In this document: positions 37,598-47,289 of the stretch, one piece after another
Layout: every line of letters starts with the position of its first letter
Position numbering within the stretch: position 1 is the first letter of the stretch
DNA from: an uncultured bacterium
GTDB lineage: Bacteria > Zhuqueibacterota > QNDG01 > DTFT01
Length of the DNA: 64,000 nt
NCBI GenBank assembly: GCA_963736115.1
Contig: CAVTNR010000012.1
Span: forward strand, 352,001-416,000
Reading direction: 5' to 3'
Translations under genes and position numbers: made by a program
Notes under the pieces: model-generated
Database searches by the model: none
Told to the model about the DNA's origin: nothing
What the model saw: the letters and a program-made list of their open reading frames with translations, nothing else

Positions 37598-39043
37598 TCA
37601 GGCCGCCCCGTACCCCGTCAGAACCACGAACACCGTGCGGACGAGAATCTTGAAATCAAGCCACAGAGAAAAACTGTCGATGTACTGCAGGTCAAGCTCC
37701 ATCCAGTGCTCGAAATCGACCCGGTTCCGGCCACTCACCTGCCAGAGGCACGTGATGCCGGGTTTCATGCTCAGGCGCCGGCGGTGCCAGGTCTCGTACA
37801 GGTCCACCTCGGCCGGAAGCGGTGGACGCGGCCCGACGAGGCTCATGTCGCCCCGAAGGACATTGAAGAGCTGGGGCAGTTCGTCGATGCTGAACTTGCG
37901 CATGAGACGGCCGAAGGCGGTGACCCGCGGATCCCGCTTGATTTTGAAGACGGGGCCGTCCATCTCGTTCTGCTTCTCGAGCTCCCGTCTGCGCATCTCG
38001 GCCCCGAGCACCATGGAACGGAACTTGACGAGGGTGAACCGGCGGCCGTTCCGGCCGCACCGGACCTGCCGGAAGAAGACCGGGCCCCTCGAATCGACCA
38101 CGATGCCGGCCGCAGCGACAATGAAAATCGGCAGCAGGAGCAGGATGAAGAACAGCGAGATGACCACGTCCATGACGCGCTTGAGGAACAGCTGCCATTC
38201 CTTGGCCGAGGTCGTCTGAAAATTCAGCAGGGGCACGCCCGCGAAGCTGGACATGGACAGCGTTCCGAGCTTGGGCGTGAACAGGTCGACCGACACGGCC
38301 GTCCCGACCCCCTCCCGCTCGCAGTGGAGAATGGCGTCCTCGATGCGGTTCAGCCAGAGGCGCGGCACCACGAAAATGACCCGGTCGACCACGTGCTCCC
38401 GGAGGATGCGGGGGATGTCGCGGATCCGCCCGATGACGGGGTAGTCGAGGACGGTCTTGCCGAGGAGCTTGGGGTCGTCATCCACCAGGCCGACGATTTT
38501 CAGGCCCCAGTTCGCGTGCGCGTGCACATTGCGGATGAATTCCTGCGCCCGCTTCCCCGTGCCGACGATCAGGAGGTTGACGAGGTTGTAGCCCTGCCGC
38601 GAGATGTAGTCGAGGAACCAGCGCCACGCCGCCTTCGACACGAACAGCCCGATCAGGGCGGTCACGGCAAAAACGGATACGTACATGCGGCTCGTCATTT
38701 CCAGCTTGAGGAGGAACACGACGCTGCCCAGCACGAACATGGCCGCCACGCCCGTCCGCAGGATGCGCCAGCCGGTCTCGATGAAGAGCTTGGTCCTGAA
38801 GTTGGTGTAGACGCCGTCGGCCGACATGAGCCGGATCCACGCGGGAATGGTCACGATGACCAGCCAGAAATGGACCTTGAGAAAACCCCGGAGCCCCTCT
38901 CCGCCGTGGGCCAGCGGTCCGTAATCAGCCAGGGAGCGGATGAACAGGGTGATGAAATAGGCCGAGACAAAGGAAACCGCGATGACCAGCCCGTCGGTGA
39001 GCTTCATCAGGCGGATGAGGAAAAGTTCCTTCTCTCGCAGCAT
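37598..39043 (-). CDS. Priming polyprenyl-phosphate hexose-1-phosphate transferase (WcaJ/WbaP family)
   Basis: N-terminal TM helices; KFRSM, DPRVT, SIDELPQLFNVLRGDMSLVGPRP, KPGIT. Confidence 0.95.
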   Translation of the reverse strand: MLREKELFLIRLMKLTDGLVIAVSFVSAYFITLFIRSLADYGPLAHGGEGLRGFLKVHFWLVIVTIPAWIRLMSADGVYTNFRTKLFIETGWRILRTGVAAMFVLGSVVFLLKLEMTSRMYVSVFAVTALIGLFVSKAAWRWFLDYISRQGYNLVNLLIVGTGKRAQEFIRNVHAHANWGLKIVGLVDDDPKLLGKTVLDYPVIGRIRDIPRILREHVVDRVIFVVPRLWLNRIEDAILHCEREGVGTAVSVDLFTPKLGTLSMSSFAGVPLLNFQTTSAKEWQLFLKRVMDVVISLFFILLLLPIFIVAAAGIVVDSRGPVFFRQVRCGRNGRRFTLVKFRSMVLGAEMRRRELEKQNEMDGPVFKIKRDPRVTAFGRLMRKFSIDELPQLFNVLRGDMSLVGPRPPLPAEVDLYETWHRRRLSMKPGITCLWQVSGRNRVDFEHWMELDLQYIDSFSLWLDFKILVRTVFVVLTGYGAA

Positions 39044-39051
39044 GATTCAGT

Positions 39052-40032
39052 CTATTTCCCGGTCGTTTCCCTGTACCAGTCCACGAAAGCCCGGATGCCG
39101 TCCTCGATGGGCGTCTTCGGCGCGTAGTCCAGCTCCCGGACCGCCTTCGACACATCCGCGAAGGTCACCGGCACGTCGCCCGGCTGGTCCGGCAGGCGCT
39201 TGATGTTCGCCTTCTTCCCGACCCGCTCCTCGATCAGGCGGATCAGACTGCGCAGGTCGATGGTCCGCGACTCCCCGAGGTTGTAGATGGCGTACCCCCG
39301 GCACCGATCCAGGGACTTCTCCATCCCGTCCATTATATCCGAATAGAACGTGTAGTCCCGTCGGCTCGTTCCGTCGCCGAACAGCGGGATTTCGCGGCCC
39401 TCGTCGATGAGCCGCGTAAACTTGTGTATGGCCATGTCCGGACGCTGGCGGGGGCCGTACACCGTGAAGAAACGGAGACAGTGCACCGGGAGACCGTACA
39501 GGGCATGGTACGTGTAGGCGAGCAGTTCGCCCGCCCGCTTGGAGGACGCGTACGGAGACAACGGCTCGTCCACGGCGTCGCTCTCCGAGAACGGGACCTT
39601 GGCGTTCGCCCCGTACACCGACGAGGAGGACGCGAAGAGAAACCGGCCGGCGCCGTTCTTCACGGCCGCCTCGAGCAGGTTGGCGGTGCCCTCGACGTTG
39701 ACCCGCTGGTACAGGGCGGGCTCCTGAATGGAAGGGCGGACGCCCGCCCGCGCGGCGAGGTGCACGACCGCGTCGATGCGCTGCTCCGTGAAAATCGCCT
39801 GGACTTTCGCGGCGTCGAGAATGTCGCCCTCGATCAGCCGGTAGGCGTCCGAGCCCCGTTCCGTCAGCGCCTGCACGTTCCGGCGCTTGACCGCGGGATC
39901 ATAGTAGTCGTTGAAATTGTCGAGGGCGGTCACGGCGTGCCCCCGCGAAATCATCCGTTCCGAAAAATGGGAGCCGATGAATCCGGCTCCCCCCGTTATC
40001 AGAATGCGGAGGCCGGCCGTCTCAGTAGGCAT
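39052..40032 (-). CDS. NAD-dependent nucleotide-sugar epimerase (UDP-glucuronate 4-epimerase-like)
   Basis: TGGAGFIG, HLAARAGVRPS, SSSSVYG, YASSK, RFFTVYGPRQRPDMA. Confidence 0.92.
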   Translation of the reverse strand: MPTETAGLRILITGGAGFIGSHFSERMISRGHAVTALDNFNDYYDPAVKRRNVQALTERGSDAYRLIEGDILDAAKVQAIFTEQRIDAVVHLAARAGVRPSIQEPALYQRVNVEGTANLLEAAVKNGAGRFLFASSSSVYGANAKVPFSESDAVDEPLSPYASSKRAGELLAYTYHALYGLPVHCLRFFTVYGPRQRPDMAIHKFTRLIDEGREIPLFGDGTSRRDYTFYSDIMDGMEKSLDRCRGYAIYNLGESRTIDLRSLIRLIEERVGKKANIKRLPDQPGDVPVTFADVSKAVRELDYAPKTPIEDGIRAFVDWYRETTGK

Positions 40033-42319
40033 AGTAACTGTAGCCCTCGTGCGCGACCTCCACCCCGGCGCCGTTGAGAATCACGCCGATCACTTTGGCG
40101 CGGACATTCTGGAAGAGCTCCATTTTCCGCTGGACGTCGTCGCGCTTCGTCATGCCCGCGCGGATGACCAGGGACACACCGTCGACCAGCGTGCCCAGGA
40201 TAACCGCGTCGGAAGCCGCGAACAGGGGCGGCGTGTCGAAGATCACAAAATCGTAGCGCTGCGTGATGCCCTCGATGAACTTCTGCATCTTATCCGATCC
40301 GAGCAGTTCGGAGGGATTCGGGATCATGGAACCGCAGGTGATTAGCGTGAGATTGGGGATGTAGGTTTCGTTCAGCACCGACTCGAGCGACGCCACGCCC
40401 GTCAGGTAATTGGTCAGGCCGGGCTTCTTGGGGCAGTTGAAGCTGTTGTGCATGACACCGCGGCGGAAATCGGCGTCGATCAGCAGGGTCCTGGACTTCT
40501 GCTGGGCCAGCGTGATGGCCAGGTTCGCCGCGGTGAACGACTTTCCCTCACCGGGCGCCACGCTGCTGATCACCATCGACTTCACCGGCCCGAAGGTCTT
40601 GGAGAAGAGGATGCTGGTCCGCAGGGACCGGTAGGCCTCGCCGACGGGCGTGGGCGAATAGTCGTGGGTGACGATCTGCGAGCTGATACTCTTCGCCTTC
40701 TCGGAGTCCTGGAGCTCGTAGGTGTCGAACTTGACCTTGGGGATCACGCCCAGGATGTTGAGCTTCAGGTACCGCTTGATGTCGTCGCGCGACTTGATCC
40801 GCTTGTCCGCCAGCTCCCACATGAGCGCGGCGCCGATGCCGAGGCACAATCCCATCAGGACGCCCATGCCCATCTTCTTCCGCTTGTCCGCGCTGATCGG
40901 CCGGCTGGGGGGGAGCGCCCGGTCGTAGAGGGTGATGTTCTCCGGCTCCACGGCCTCGTTGATCTGGGCCTCCTTGAAGTTCCGGGAGAGTGCCTCGTGG
41001 ATGGCCTCGTTGGCCCGGCGCTTCCGGTTGAGCCGGATGAAATTGATCTCCTCCTTGGGCAGTTTGCTGAGCTGGTTCTGGAGCGTTTCCGCTTCGGTCT
41101 GGAGCCCGGCCATCTGCTGGTCGATCGTGGTCAGCTTGATCTGGGCGAGGTTGTAGAGTGTCGACTGAATTTCAGTCAAATCGTCGTTGAGTTGCTTCAC
41201 CCGGGGATTCAGCGCGGGCGCGCTGCCCATCCGGTCCAGTTCGGCGTACTTGCTCTTCCACTGCTGGCTGGCCACGGTCATGTCCGGGTCGCCGCGGAAA
41301 ACCGGATATCCGATGATCTGGTCGTAGATGTAGCGCACGGAGACGCCGGTTTCGAAATCGGGGCTCGCGGGATCGAGCCGGGAGAGAAGCTGGGCCAGAT
41401 CCTTCTTCTGGACCGTCAGGTCGCCGACCCGGTCGCTGTTCCGGTCGAGTTCGGCCACGATGGCTCGGCTTTCCTCGTCCAGGTTCTGGATGTGTGTGTC
41501 CCGGAATTTTTCGAGCTGGTAGTCGGTGTCATTCAGATCGCGCTGGACGATGGCGAGCTGTTCCTCGAGATACTCGCGGCTGAACCGGCTCGCGCGCCGC
41601 TGGATCTCAATGCTCTTCTGCACGAATTTTTCGGCCAGCCGGTTGATCGTCTCCGACGCGAGATACGGGTCGGTGTCGGTCAGGGTGATCTGCATCAGGG
41701 TGCGGCCCTGGGGAATGATGTCCTCCGCCGCCTGCAGGCCGGCGACCGTGGACTGGAAGTCCTGGATCTGGAACGCCACCCGCGGACGCCGGCGGACGAC
41801 CTCGGGATTCAGGCGGAAGGAGAATCCGTTCATGCTGACCGTGTCCTCGATGAAATGCTCCACGCGGGCGCTGTCGAGCATCTTCACATCGGACCAGACC
41901 GCGGCGGTTCCGTTCGGATGAAAGCGCATCTCGTACCGGCCGGGCACCGGGTTCCGGGTCGTGAAGAACATCCGGAACACGTCCTGCCGGTAGAGCCTCG
42001 GCTCCGCGGTGTGGATGATTTTCAGCGTCAGGCCCAGCTCCGCCGTGACCTCTTCCGCGAAACTGCGGCTGCGGAGCTTGGCGATGCGGTTCTCGATGAG
42101 ATTCTCCGGAACCGCGGCCGAGACATTCTCGAAACTCAGCCAGGCGTCGGCCTTGAAAACGGGCGGCTGCTTTTTCAGGTACACGTACCAGGGCACCGCG
42201 ACGAGCGCTGTGCAGGCCAGCACGAGCCACCACCGCCGGAGGACGCCGCGGACGTATTTCATCAGATCCACATTTTCCTGATTCGGGGCGTTGCTGTCGA
42301 AAAACTCTTCCATTCCCAC
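40022..42319 (-). CDS. wzc: Polysaccharide co-polymerase / BY-kinase Wzc
   Basis: Two TM helices flanking a coiled periplasmic region; EAYRSLRT, PGEGKS, LIDAD, IFDTPP; C-terminal YSYYAY. Confidence 0.95.
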   Translation of the reverse strand: MGMEEFFDSNAPNQENVDLMKYVRGVLRRWWLVLACTALVAVPWYVYLKKQPPVFKADAWLSFENVSAAVPENLIENRIAKLRSRSFAEEVTAELGLTLKIIHTAEPRLYRQDVFRMFFTTRNPVPGRYEMRFHPNGTAAVWSDVKMLDSARVEHFIEDTVSMNGFSFRLNPEVVRRRPRVAFQIQDFQSTVAGLQAAEDIIPQGRTLMQITLTDTDPYLASETINRLAEKFVQKSIEIQRRASRFSREYLEEQLAIVQRDLNDTDYQLEKFRDTHIQNLDEESRAIVAELDRNSDRVGDLTVQKKDLAQLLSRLDPASPDFETGVSVRYIYDQIIGYPVFRGDPDMTVASQQWKSKYAELDRMGSAPALNPRVKQLNDDLTEIQSTLYNLAQIKLTTIDQQMAGLQTEAETLQNQLSKLPKEEINFIRLNRKRRANEAIHEALSRNFKEAQINEAVEPENITLYDRALPPSRPISADKRKKMGMGVLMGLCLGIGAALMWELADKRIKSRDDIKRYLKLNILGVIPKVKFDTYELQDSEKAKSISSQIVTHDYSPTPVGEAYRSLRTSILFSKTFGPVKSMVISSVAPGEGKSFTAANLAITLAQQKSRTLLIDADFRRGVMHNSFNCPKKPGLTNYLTGVASLESVLNETYIPNLTLITCGSMIPNPSELLGSDKMQKFIEGITQRYDFVIFDTPPLFAASDAVILGTLVDGVSLVIRAGMTKRDDVQRKMELFQNVRAKVIGVILNGAGVEVAHEGYSYYAY

Positions 42320-42378
42320 TCCTGATTGCCGATCGCGCGCCCGGACGGGCGCGGGTGATGTCTATTGAGAACCGCGGA

Positions 42379-43092
42379 TCACAGACTGCCGTATCGCAGA
42401 CGCAAATACAGGATGAACATCGAGGCGAACAGGTTGAGCATCACGAGAAGCGTCGCGATGTCGATCGACCCCCTCGGATACGCGATGATCTGGTCGCCGG
42501 ATTCGATGCCCACTTCCTCCAGCGAGTACCCGTTCTCGAAGCTCTGCAGCAGGTCCTTGATCACGACCTTCCCGCTCCGCTCGACCGCCATTTTCCTCAG
42601 GTCGGCGTTCGCCGCCGGCCCGCCGGCTTCGGCCACCAGGTCCCACAGCGAATTGGCGGGATCCACGCGGTATGATCCGGGCCGGTTGAAGGAACCCTGC
42701 ATGACCAGGCGGATCAGGGGATGCACCTCGATATACGGATTATGAAGATATTCCTTGAGCCTCTCCTGGAGCGTGCTCATGAGCTCGTATACGGTCAGAC
42801 CCCGGACCTTGACCTCTCCGATGAGCGGCATGACGATGAATCCGGACTGATTGATCGGGTAATCGCCGTTCAGGTTGATGTTCGTCGCCTGTTCCTGGTA
42901 CAGTTCCCAGACACGGATGCGCACGGCATCCCCTGGCTGAAAAATGGTCAGGGACTTGGCGGATTTGCTCCAGCGGGGCTGGGCGGCGCCGGTCTGGCTG
43001 TGAAGCCCTGCGGACGCCCCCAGAAAAAGGCAGAGGAAAACGGCGGTAAACCCTTTATTTGCAAGGGACAGAGAGTGCACGGCGCTGCGCAT
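42379..43092 (-). CDS. wza: Polysaccharide export protein (Wza-like, Poly_export + SLBB)
   Basis: QPGDAVRI..G.I.MPLIGEVKV.GLT; G...RPGSY...AGG; adjacent to wzc. Confidence 0.85.
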   Translation of the reverse strand: MRSAVHSLSLANKGFTAVFLCLFLGASAGLHSQTGAAQPRWSKSAKSLTIFQPGDAVRIRVWELYQEQATNINLNGDYPINQSGFIVMPLIGEVKVRGLTVYELMSTLQERLKEYLHNPYIEVHPLIRLVMQGSFNRPGSYRVDPANSLWDLVAEAGGPAANADLRKMAVERSGKVVIKDLLQSFENGYSLEEVGIESGDQIIAYPRGSIDIATLLVMLNLFASMFILYLRLRYGSL

Positions 43093-43173
43093 TCCGGGCT
43101 TCCTTTCCGAAAAGAGAATTTGGACGGGTCTTAGCCCACCCAAAAAGGCAAATCATATACCAAGGAGACCGGA

Positions 43174-43875
43174 TTACCTGGAGCGGTAGAACCGGTGGCG
43201 TTTCTCCCGTGTTTCCAGATTCAGGGTTCGGAGCAGGGAGAACAGGCGGAGGGGGCCGATCCGGACATATCCGTACTTTTCCGTTCCCAGCCGCCTCCGG
43301 ATCTCCATGAGCCCGGCCATCGGATTCTCGATGACGATTTTCTTGATCCGTTCGACGACGGGAAAATCCTTATAGGACAATTCGTCTTCCGTGTCCTGGG
43401 CCGTCCGTTTACCCTGCAGGCCGGGCGGCACCGGCGGCTTCTCGATGGAAATGGGAATCGGCGGCCGGGCCGGAGACTTCGGATTCTGCCGCTCGGTCTC
43501 GGTGATGTCGATGCCCCTGAGCAGGTCGAATTCGTCGACCGCCTCCTCCACCGATTCGTAGGTGTTCAGGATCTTGTGAAACTCGAGCATTTCGAACACC
43601 TCGGCGACTTCGGGGACCATGCGGACGAATTTCAGGTCCCCGCCCTGCTCCCGGATGTTCTTGATCTCGCCGACGAAAACACCCCAGCCGGCGCTGCTGA
43701 TGTAGGTCACGCGCCCCAGATCCACGATGATCTGGACCTTCTTCTGCCCCATCAGGTCCTGGATGACGCCGGCCATCTCCGGACACGTGGTCGTGTCGAT
43801 GTAGCCGGAAACCGAGATGAGCGAGAGGTCCAGCCGGCCGCCGACCTGATATATCTGTATCTGAATTCCCTGCAT
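43174..43875 (-). CDS. STAS-domain anti-sigma factor antagonist with C-terminal helical extension
   Basis: SGYID, VDL..VTYISSAGWG phospho-Ser motif, GGDLKF; Pro-rich linker and extra ~65-aa domain. Confidence 0.85.
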   Translation of the reverse strand: MQGIQIQIYQVGGRLDLSLISVSGYIDTTTCPEMAGVIQDLMGQKKVQIIVDLGRVTYISSAGWGVFVGEIKNIREQGGDLKFVRMVPEVAEVFEMLEFHKILNTYESVEEAVDEFDLLRGIDITETERQNPKSPARPPIPISIEKPPVPPGLQGKRTAQDTEDELSYKDFPVVERIKKIVIENPMAGLMEIRRRLGTEKYGYVRIGPLRLFSLLRTLNLETREKRHRFYRSR

Positions 43876-43885
43876 GCCGGTTCCG

Positions 43886-45376
43886 TCAGGTTTTATTCAT
43901 CAGAAAGCATTTATGGTACAGCTGCACGTACCGTTTCGCGGAGGCTTCCCAGGAGAAATCCTTCCGCATCCCGTTCTTCTGAATGCGCTGCCAGGTCCTC
44001 GGGTCGCCGTAGGCCTTCACCGCCTGTTTCAGGGCGGCGACGAGGGATTTCGCGTCTATGGAGGCAAGAATGAACCCGGTGCCCCGCTCGGACCTCGGCT
44101 TGACCGGCTCCACGGTGTCGAGCAGACCGCCCACCGGCGCGACCACCGGCACCGTGCCGTATTTCAAGCTGTAGATCTGGGTCAGGCCGCACGGTTCAAA
44201 CCGCGACGGCATCAGAAAAATGTCGGCGCCCGCGATGAGCAGATGGGCGAGCGACTCATCGAATCCCAGTTGAACCCCGACGCGTCCGGGATATTTCTTA
44301 ACGGCTTTTTTGAAGAAAGTCTCGTACGCCTCCTCCCCCTGTCCGAGCAGGAGAAAAACGCCGTTCAGGGCCATCATCGGGGCGAAGGCGTCCCGGACGA
44401 GGTCCATGCCCTTCTGTCCCGTCATCCGGGTCACCATGGCGATGACCGGGATGCCGGCCTTGTAAGGCAGTCCGAAGCGTTCGAAAAGGGCCCGCTTGTT
44501 CCCCTCCTTCTCCGAGATGCGCTGGAAATTGTAGGGATGCGGGATCAGCTTGTCCGTTTCCGGATTCCAGACATGGGTGTCGATGCCGTTCGCGATTCCG
44601 AAGAACTGCTTCTTCCGGGACCGCAGCAGCTTCTCCAACCCGAATCCGAATTCGGGGGACGACTGCGCCTCGGCCGCGTGCTTCTCGCTGACGGTATTCA
44701 GCAGGTCCGACGACTGGATGCCGAGCCGCAGAAAATTCACGCCGCCGTTCGCGTCGAGCCCGCTGTCCGCGGAGCGGTTTTTGGTGTCGAACCCGATCGC
44801 CGCGGCGTTTTTCGCGTCGAACCAGCCCTGGAAGCCGAAATTGTGGACCGTGAACAGCGTGGAGGTCTGGGCGAAAAAGGGGTTGCCGAGATACAGGGTC
44901 TTCAGATAATAGGGGATCAGGCCCGTCTGCCAGTCATTGCAATGGATGATGTCCGGCTGCCAGTGGAGGCGGTTCAGGGTCTCCAGCACGCCTTTTGAAA
45001 AAAGCGCGAAGCGTTGGGCGTTGTCCGGGTAATCCGCGCCCGTCCTGGGATCGGTGTACATGCCCTTGCGGAAAAAGAAGGGCTTGTAGTCGATGAAATA
45101 CACCTGCACTTTGGTGTCGGGAAGGAAGGCCGACTTGACATGGATCTGATGCGTCTCCGCGCCCACGGAAACACCGATGTTCTGCAGGCGAATCACGTCC
45201 CGCAGGATGTACCGCCGCTCGTTGATGCTCTGGTACTGCGGCGTGATGATCCGGACGTCGTGCCCCATGTCCTTGAGCGCCTTGGGCAGGGAGCCGCCCA
45301 CGTCCCCGAGGCCGCCCGTTTTGGAGAACGGCGCGACTTCGGAATAGACCATCAGGATCTTCAGCTTGCTCTTCAT
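43886..45376 (-). CDS. glgA: Glycogen synthase
   Basis: SEVAPFSKTGGLGDV, HCNDWQTG, MPSRFEPCGLTQ. Confidence 0.95.
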   Translation of the reverse strand: MKSKLKILMVYSEVAPFSKTGGLGDVGGSLPKALKDMGHDVRIITPQYQSINERRYILRDVIRLQNIGVSVGAETHQIHVKSAFLPDTKVQVYFIDYKPFFFRKGMYTDPRTGADYPDNAQRFALFSKGVLETLNRLHWQPDIIHCNDWQTGLIPYYLKTLYLGNPFFAQTSTLFTVHNFGFQGWFDAKNAAAIGFDTKNRSADSGLDANGGVNFLRLGIQSSDLLNTVSEKHAAEAQSSPEFGFGLEKLLRSRKKQFFGIANGIDTHVWNPETDKLIPHPYNFQRISEKEGNKRALFERFGLPYKAGIPVIAMVTRMTGQKGMDLVRDAFAPMMALNGVFLLLGQGEEAYETFFKKAVKKYPGRVGVQLGFDESLAHLLIAGADIFLMPSRFEPCGLTQIYSLKYGTVPVVAPVGGLLDTVEPVKPRSERGTGFILASIDAKSLVAALKQAVKAYGDPRTWQRIQKNGMRKDFSWEASAKRYVQLYHKCFLMNKT

Positions 45377-45569
45377 GGGCTTCCCTTCAATCGGACATCC
45401 GGCGGCCGGCCGGCTTTGCGGATGCGGAATCCCGCGGTTCCGGGCCGGTTTAACAACGCGGCGGGACCGGACACGCCGCCCCCTTCCCACGGCAAGGCGG
45501 AGGGCACCGGTCGTCCGATGAGACCGGAAACGCTCCGCCTGTTCGTTTTGGAACGGGGATGTGGACGCA

Positions 45570-46343
45570 TCACTGCCCGGACGCGGGTCCCTCGATTTGC
45601 GCGATGAACTGTCTGGCGATGCCGATGTATTCGCTGGACGGATAATTGTTGATCAGCTTCTGGAACTCTTCCCGGGCTTTGGGCTGGTCGTTGAGCTTGA
45701 CATAGCACAGGCCGAGCTTGAGCTGGGCCGAGTCGTCCTTGTTCGAATTCGGATAGCTGAACACTTTCTCGAACGAGAGAATGGCCTGCTGGTACTGACC
45801 CTGATCGTAATAGGCCTCGCCGATCCAGTACTGGCTGTTGTCGGCCAGGCTGTTCTTCGCGTTTTCCGCCAGGAGGGCTTCGAATTTCTGTATGGCTTCG
45901 CCGAGCCGCTTCGCCCGGTAGGCCTGAAGGGCCTCCTGGTAACGACTGCTGTAGGAATCGGTTTTCCATGCCGGGGGCGTGGTCACCCGGTCCGCAGGGG
46001 CCGTATTGAACGCGGTTGCGTCCCCCTGGGCCTGATCCTGGGTCTGGTCGGTCTCGAATCCGGTCCCGGCTTCGCTCTGTTCCGCGGGCATGAAAGCCGT
46101 TTCCGTCTCGAGCGGGGGCTCTTCGCTGACGCCGAGAAGCTTCAGCACGTCTTCTTCGTTGATGGATTCGTCCGAGCCGTCCTCGCCGCCGATTCCGAGC
46201 ATTTCATCGAGTTCCGAAACATCCTGATCCGAACCGTAAGGCGATGTTCCGTCCGTATAACTATTGGTAGCCGCGCATCCTGTTATCAGAACTGCGGCCG
46301 ATGTCATGCACAGCAAAAGTCCGATGATTCGCCTGGGTATCAT
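45570..46343 (-). CDS. cpoB: Tol-Pal associated TPR lipoprotein (YbgF/CpoB-like)
   Basis: Lipobox LITGC; ADNSQYWIGEAYY, YPNSNK..AQLKLG, YPSS. Confidence 0.75.
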   Translation of the reverse strand: MIPRRIIGLLLCMTSAAVLITGCAATNSYTDGTSPYGSDQDVSELDEMLGIGGEDGSDESINEEDVLKLLGVSEEPPLETETAFMPAEQSEAGTGFETDQTQDQAQGDATAFNTAPADRVTTPPAWKTDSYSSRYQEALQAYRAKRLGEAIQKFEALLAENAKNSLADNSQYWIGEAYYDQGQYQQAILSFEKVFSYPNSNKDDSAQLKLGLCYVKLNDQPKAREEFQKLINNYPSSEYIGIARQFIAQIEGPASGQ

Positions 46344-46379
46344 ACCCACCTCCAGTGAGAGGGATGGATGAAGTAGTAT

Positions 46380-46408
46380 AATTTATTGAAAATACGGCAA
46401 AAAATCAA
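46380..46408 (-). promoter_or_regulatory. Putative sigma70 promoter upstream of cpoB
   Basis: TTGATT-N17-TAAATT on the minus strand, followed by a GGAGG RBS. Confidence 0.55.
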
Positions 46409-46413
46409 GTTTT

Positions 46414-47220
46414 TTATTCCTTCCCCGCCTTCCTGCGACTGATCAGGACCATCAGAATCAGTCCGAACAGCGCCATGGACAGGGAGATCAACTGGTTATA
46501 GGTAAAAGATATACCCAAAAACCTGAATTGCACGGATGTTTCATAATAGCGGACAAAATCAATTAAAAAACGGAAAATGCCGTAAAGCACGAAAAATAAA
46601 GCGGATAAAAAGCCGTCCGCTCTTTTTTTGCGGTCCACAAGGAGAAGCACGGCCAGCATCAGAAAATCGTACATGGAAGAATACAACTGCGTCGGATGAA
46701 GCCGCAAACCGGGCAGAAAAGCCCCGGCCGGGCTCTGTTCCGGAAAAGCCACGCACCATGAATGATCTCCCGGTTTGCCGAAACAGCACCCGTTGAGAAA
46801 GCAGCCGATGCGGGTCAGTCCCAGCCCGAGCGCCAGCGAAGGCGCGGCCGCGTCAAAGAACCGGAGCACCCGTATTTTTTTCCGGACGCAGAAGACCGCG
46901 ATCGCAACGATTGCGAACACCACGCCGCCGAGCATGGAAAGGCCCGCGAGGCCGATCTCACCGTCGCTCTGAAGCGGGTTGACCGTATCCAGCCATCGGC
47001 CCCTGAATTCGTCGATATGGGTCACGACGTAAAACAGCCGCGATCCCGCGATCGCGCTCACCACGGTAATCAGGCCCGCGTCCATCACGTCGTTCCCGCG
47101 GATGCCCCGCTTCTCCCCCCGCTTCATCGCCCAGAGAATGCCGACGAGAAAAGAAACGGCGAGCAGGAGGCCGTAGGCATGGATGACAATGGGGCCGATT
47201 TTCAAGAGACTGGGAAACAT
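46414..47220 (-). CDS. lgt: Prolipoprotein diacylglyceryl transferase
   Basis: IGP..I..YG, GSRLFYV, RIGCFLNGCCFG, HPTQLY, RF.IDFVR. Confidence 0.9.
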   Translation of the reverse strand: MFPSLLKIGPIVIHAYGLLLAVSFLVGILWAMKRGEKRGIRGNDVMDAGLITVVSAIAGSRLFYVVTHIDEFRGRWLDTVNPLQSDGEIGLAGLSMLGGVVFAIVAIAVFCVRKKIRVLRFFDAAAPSLALGLGLTRIGCFLNGCCFGKPGDHSWCVAFPEQSPAGAFLPGLRLHPTQLYSSMYDFLMLAVLLLVDRKKRADGFLSALFFVLYGIFRFLIDFVRYYETSVQFRFLGISFTYNQLISLSMALFGLILMVLISRRKAGKE

Positions 47221-47289
47221 GCTTTCTCCTCAATTCAAATTTTTTAAACGAACGAATGCGGAATGCGCGGGTGCCTGATAAGACCGATC

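Noticed and set aside
36104-39127. Long plus-strand ORFs (1007 aa here; also 18829-20844, 40448-42325, 47263-48987 and others)
   Set aside because: They are antisense shadows of well-supported minus-strand genes in GC-rich DNA and carry no recognisable motifs.
43093-43200. ops/JUMPstart element upstream of wza
   Set aside because: The only GCGGTAG-like match is on the opposite strand, inside the STAS gene.
46414-46700. AT-rich 3' half of lgt as a foreign insertion
   Set aside because: The frame and Lgt motifs are intact; Phe/Ile/Lys-rich sequence next to the cpoB promoter explains the bias.
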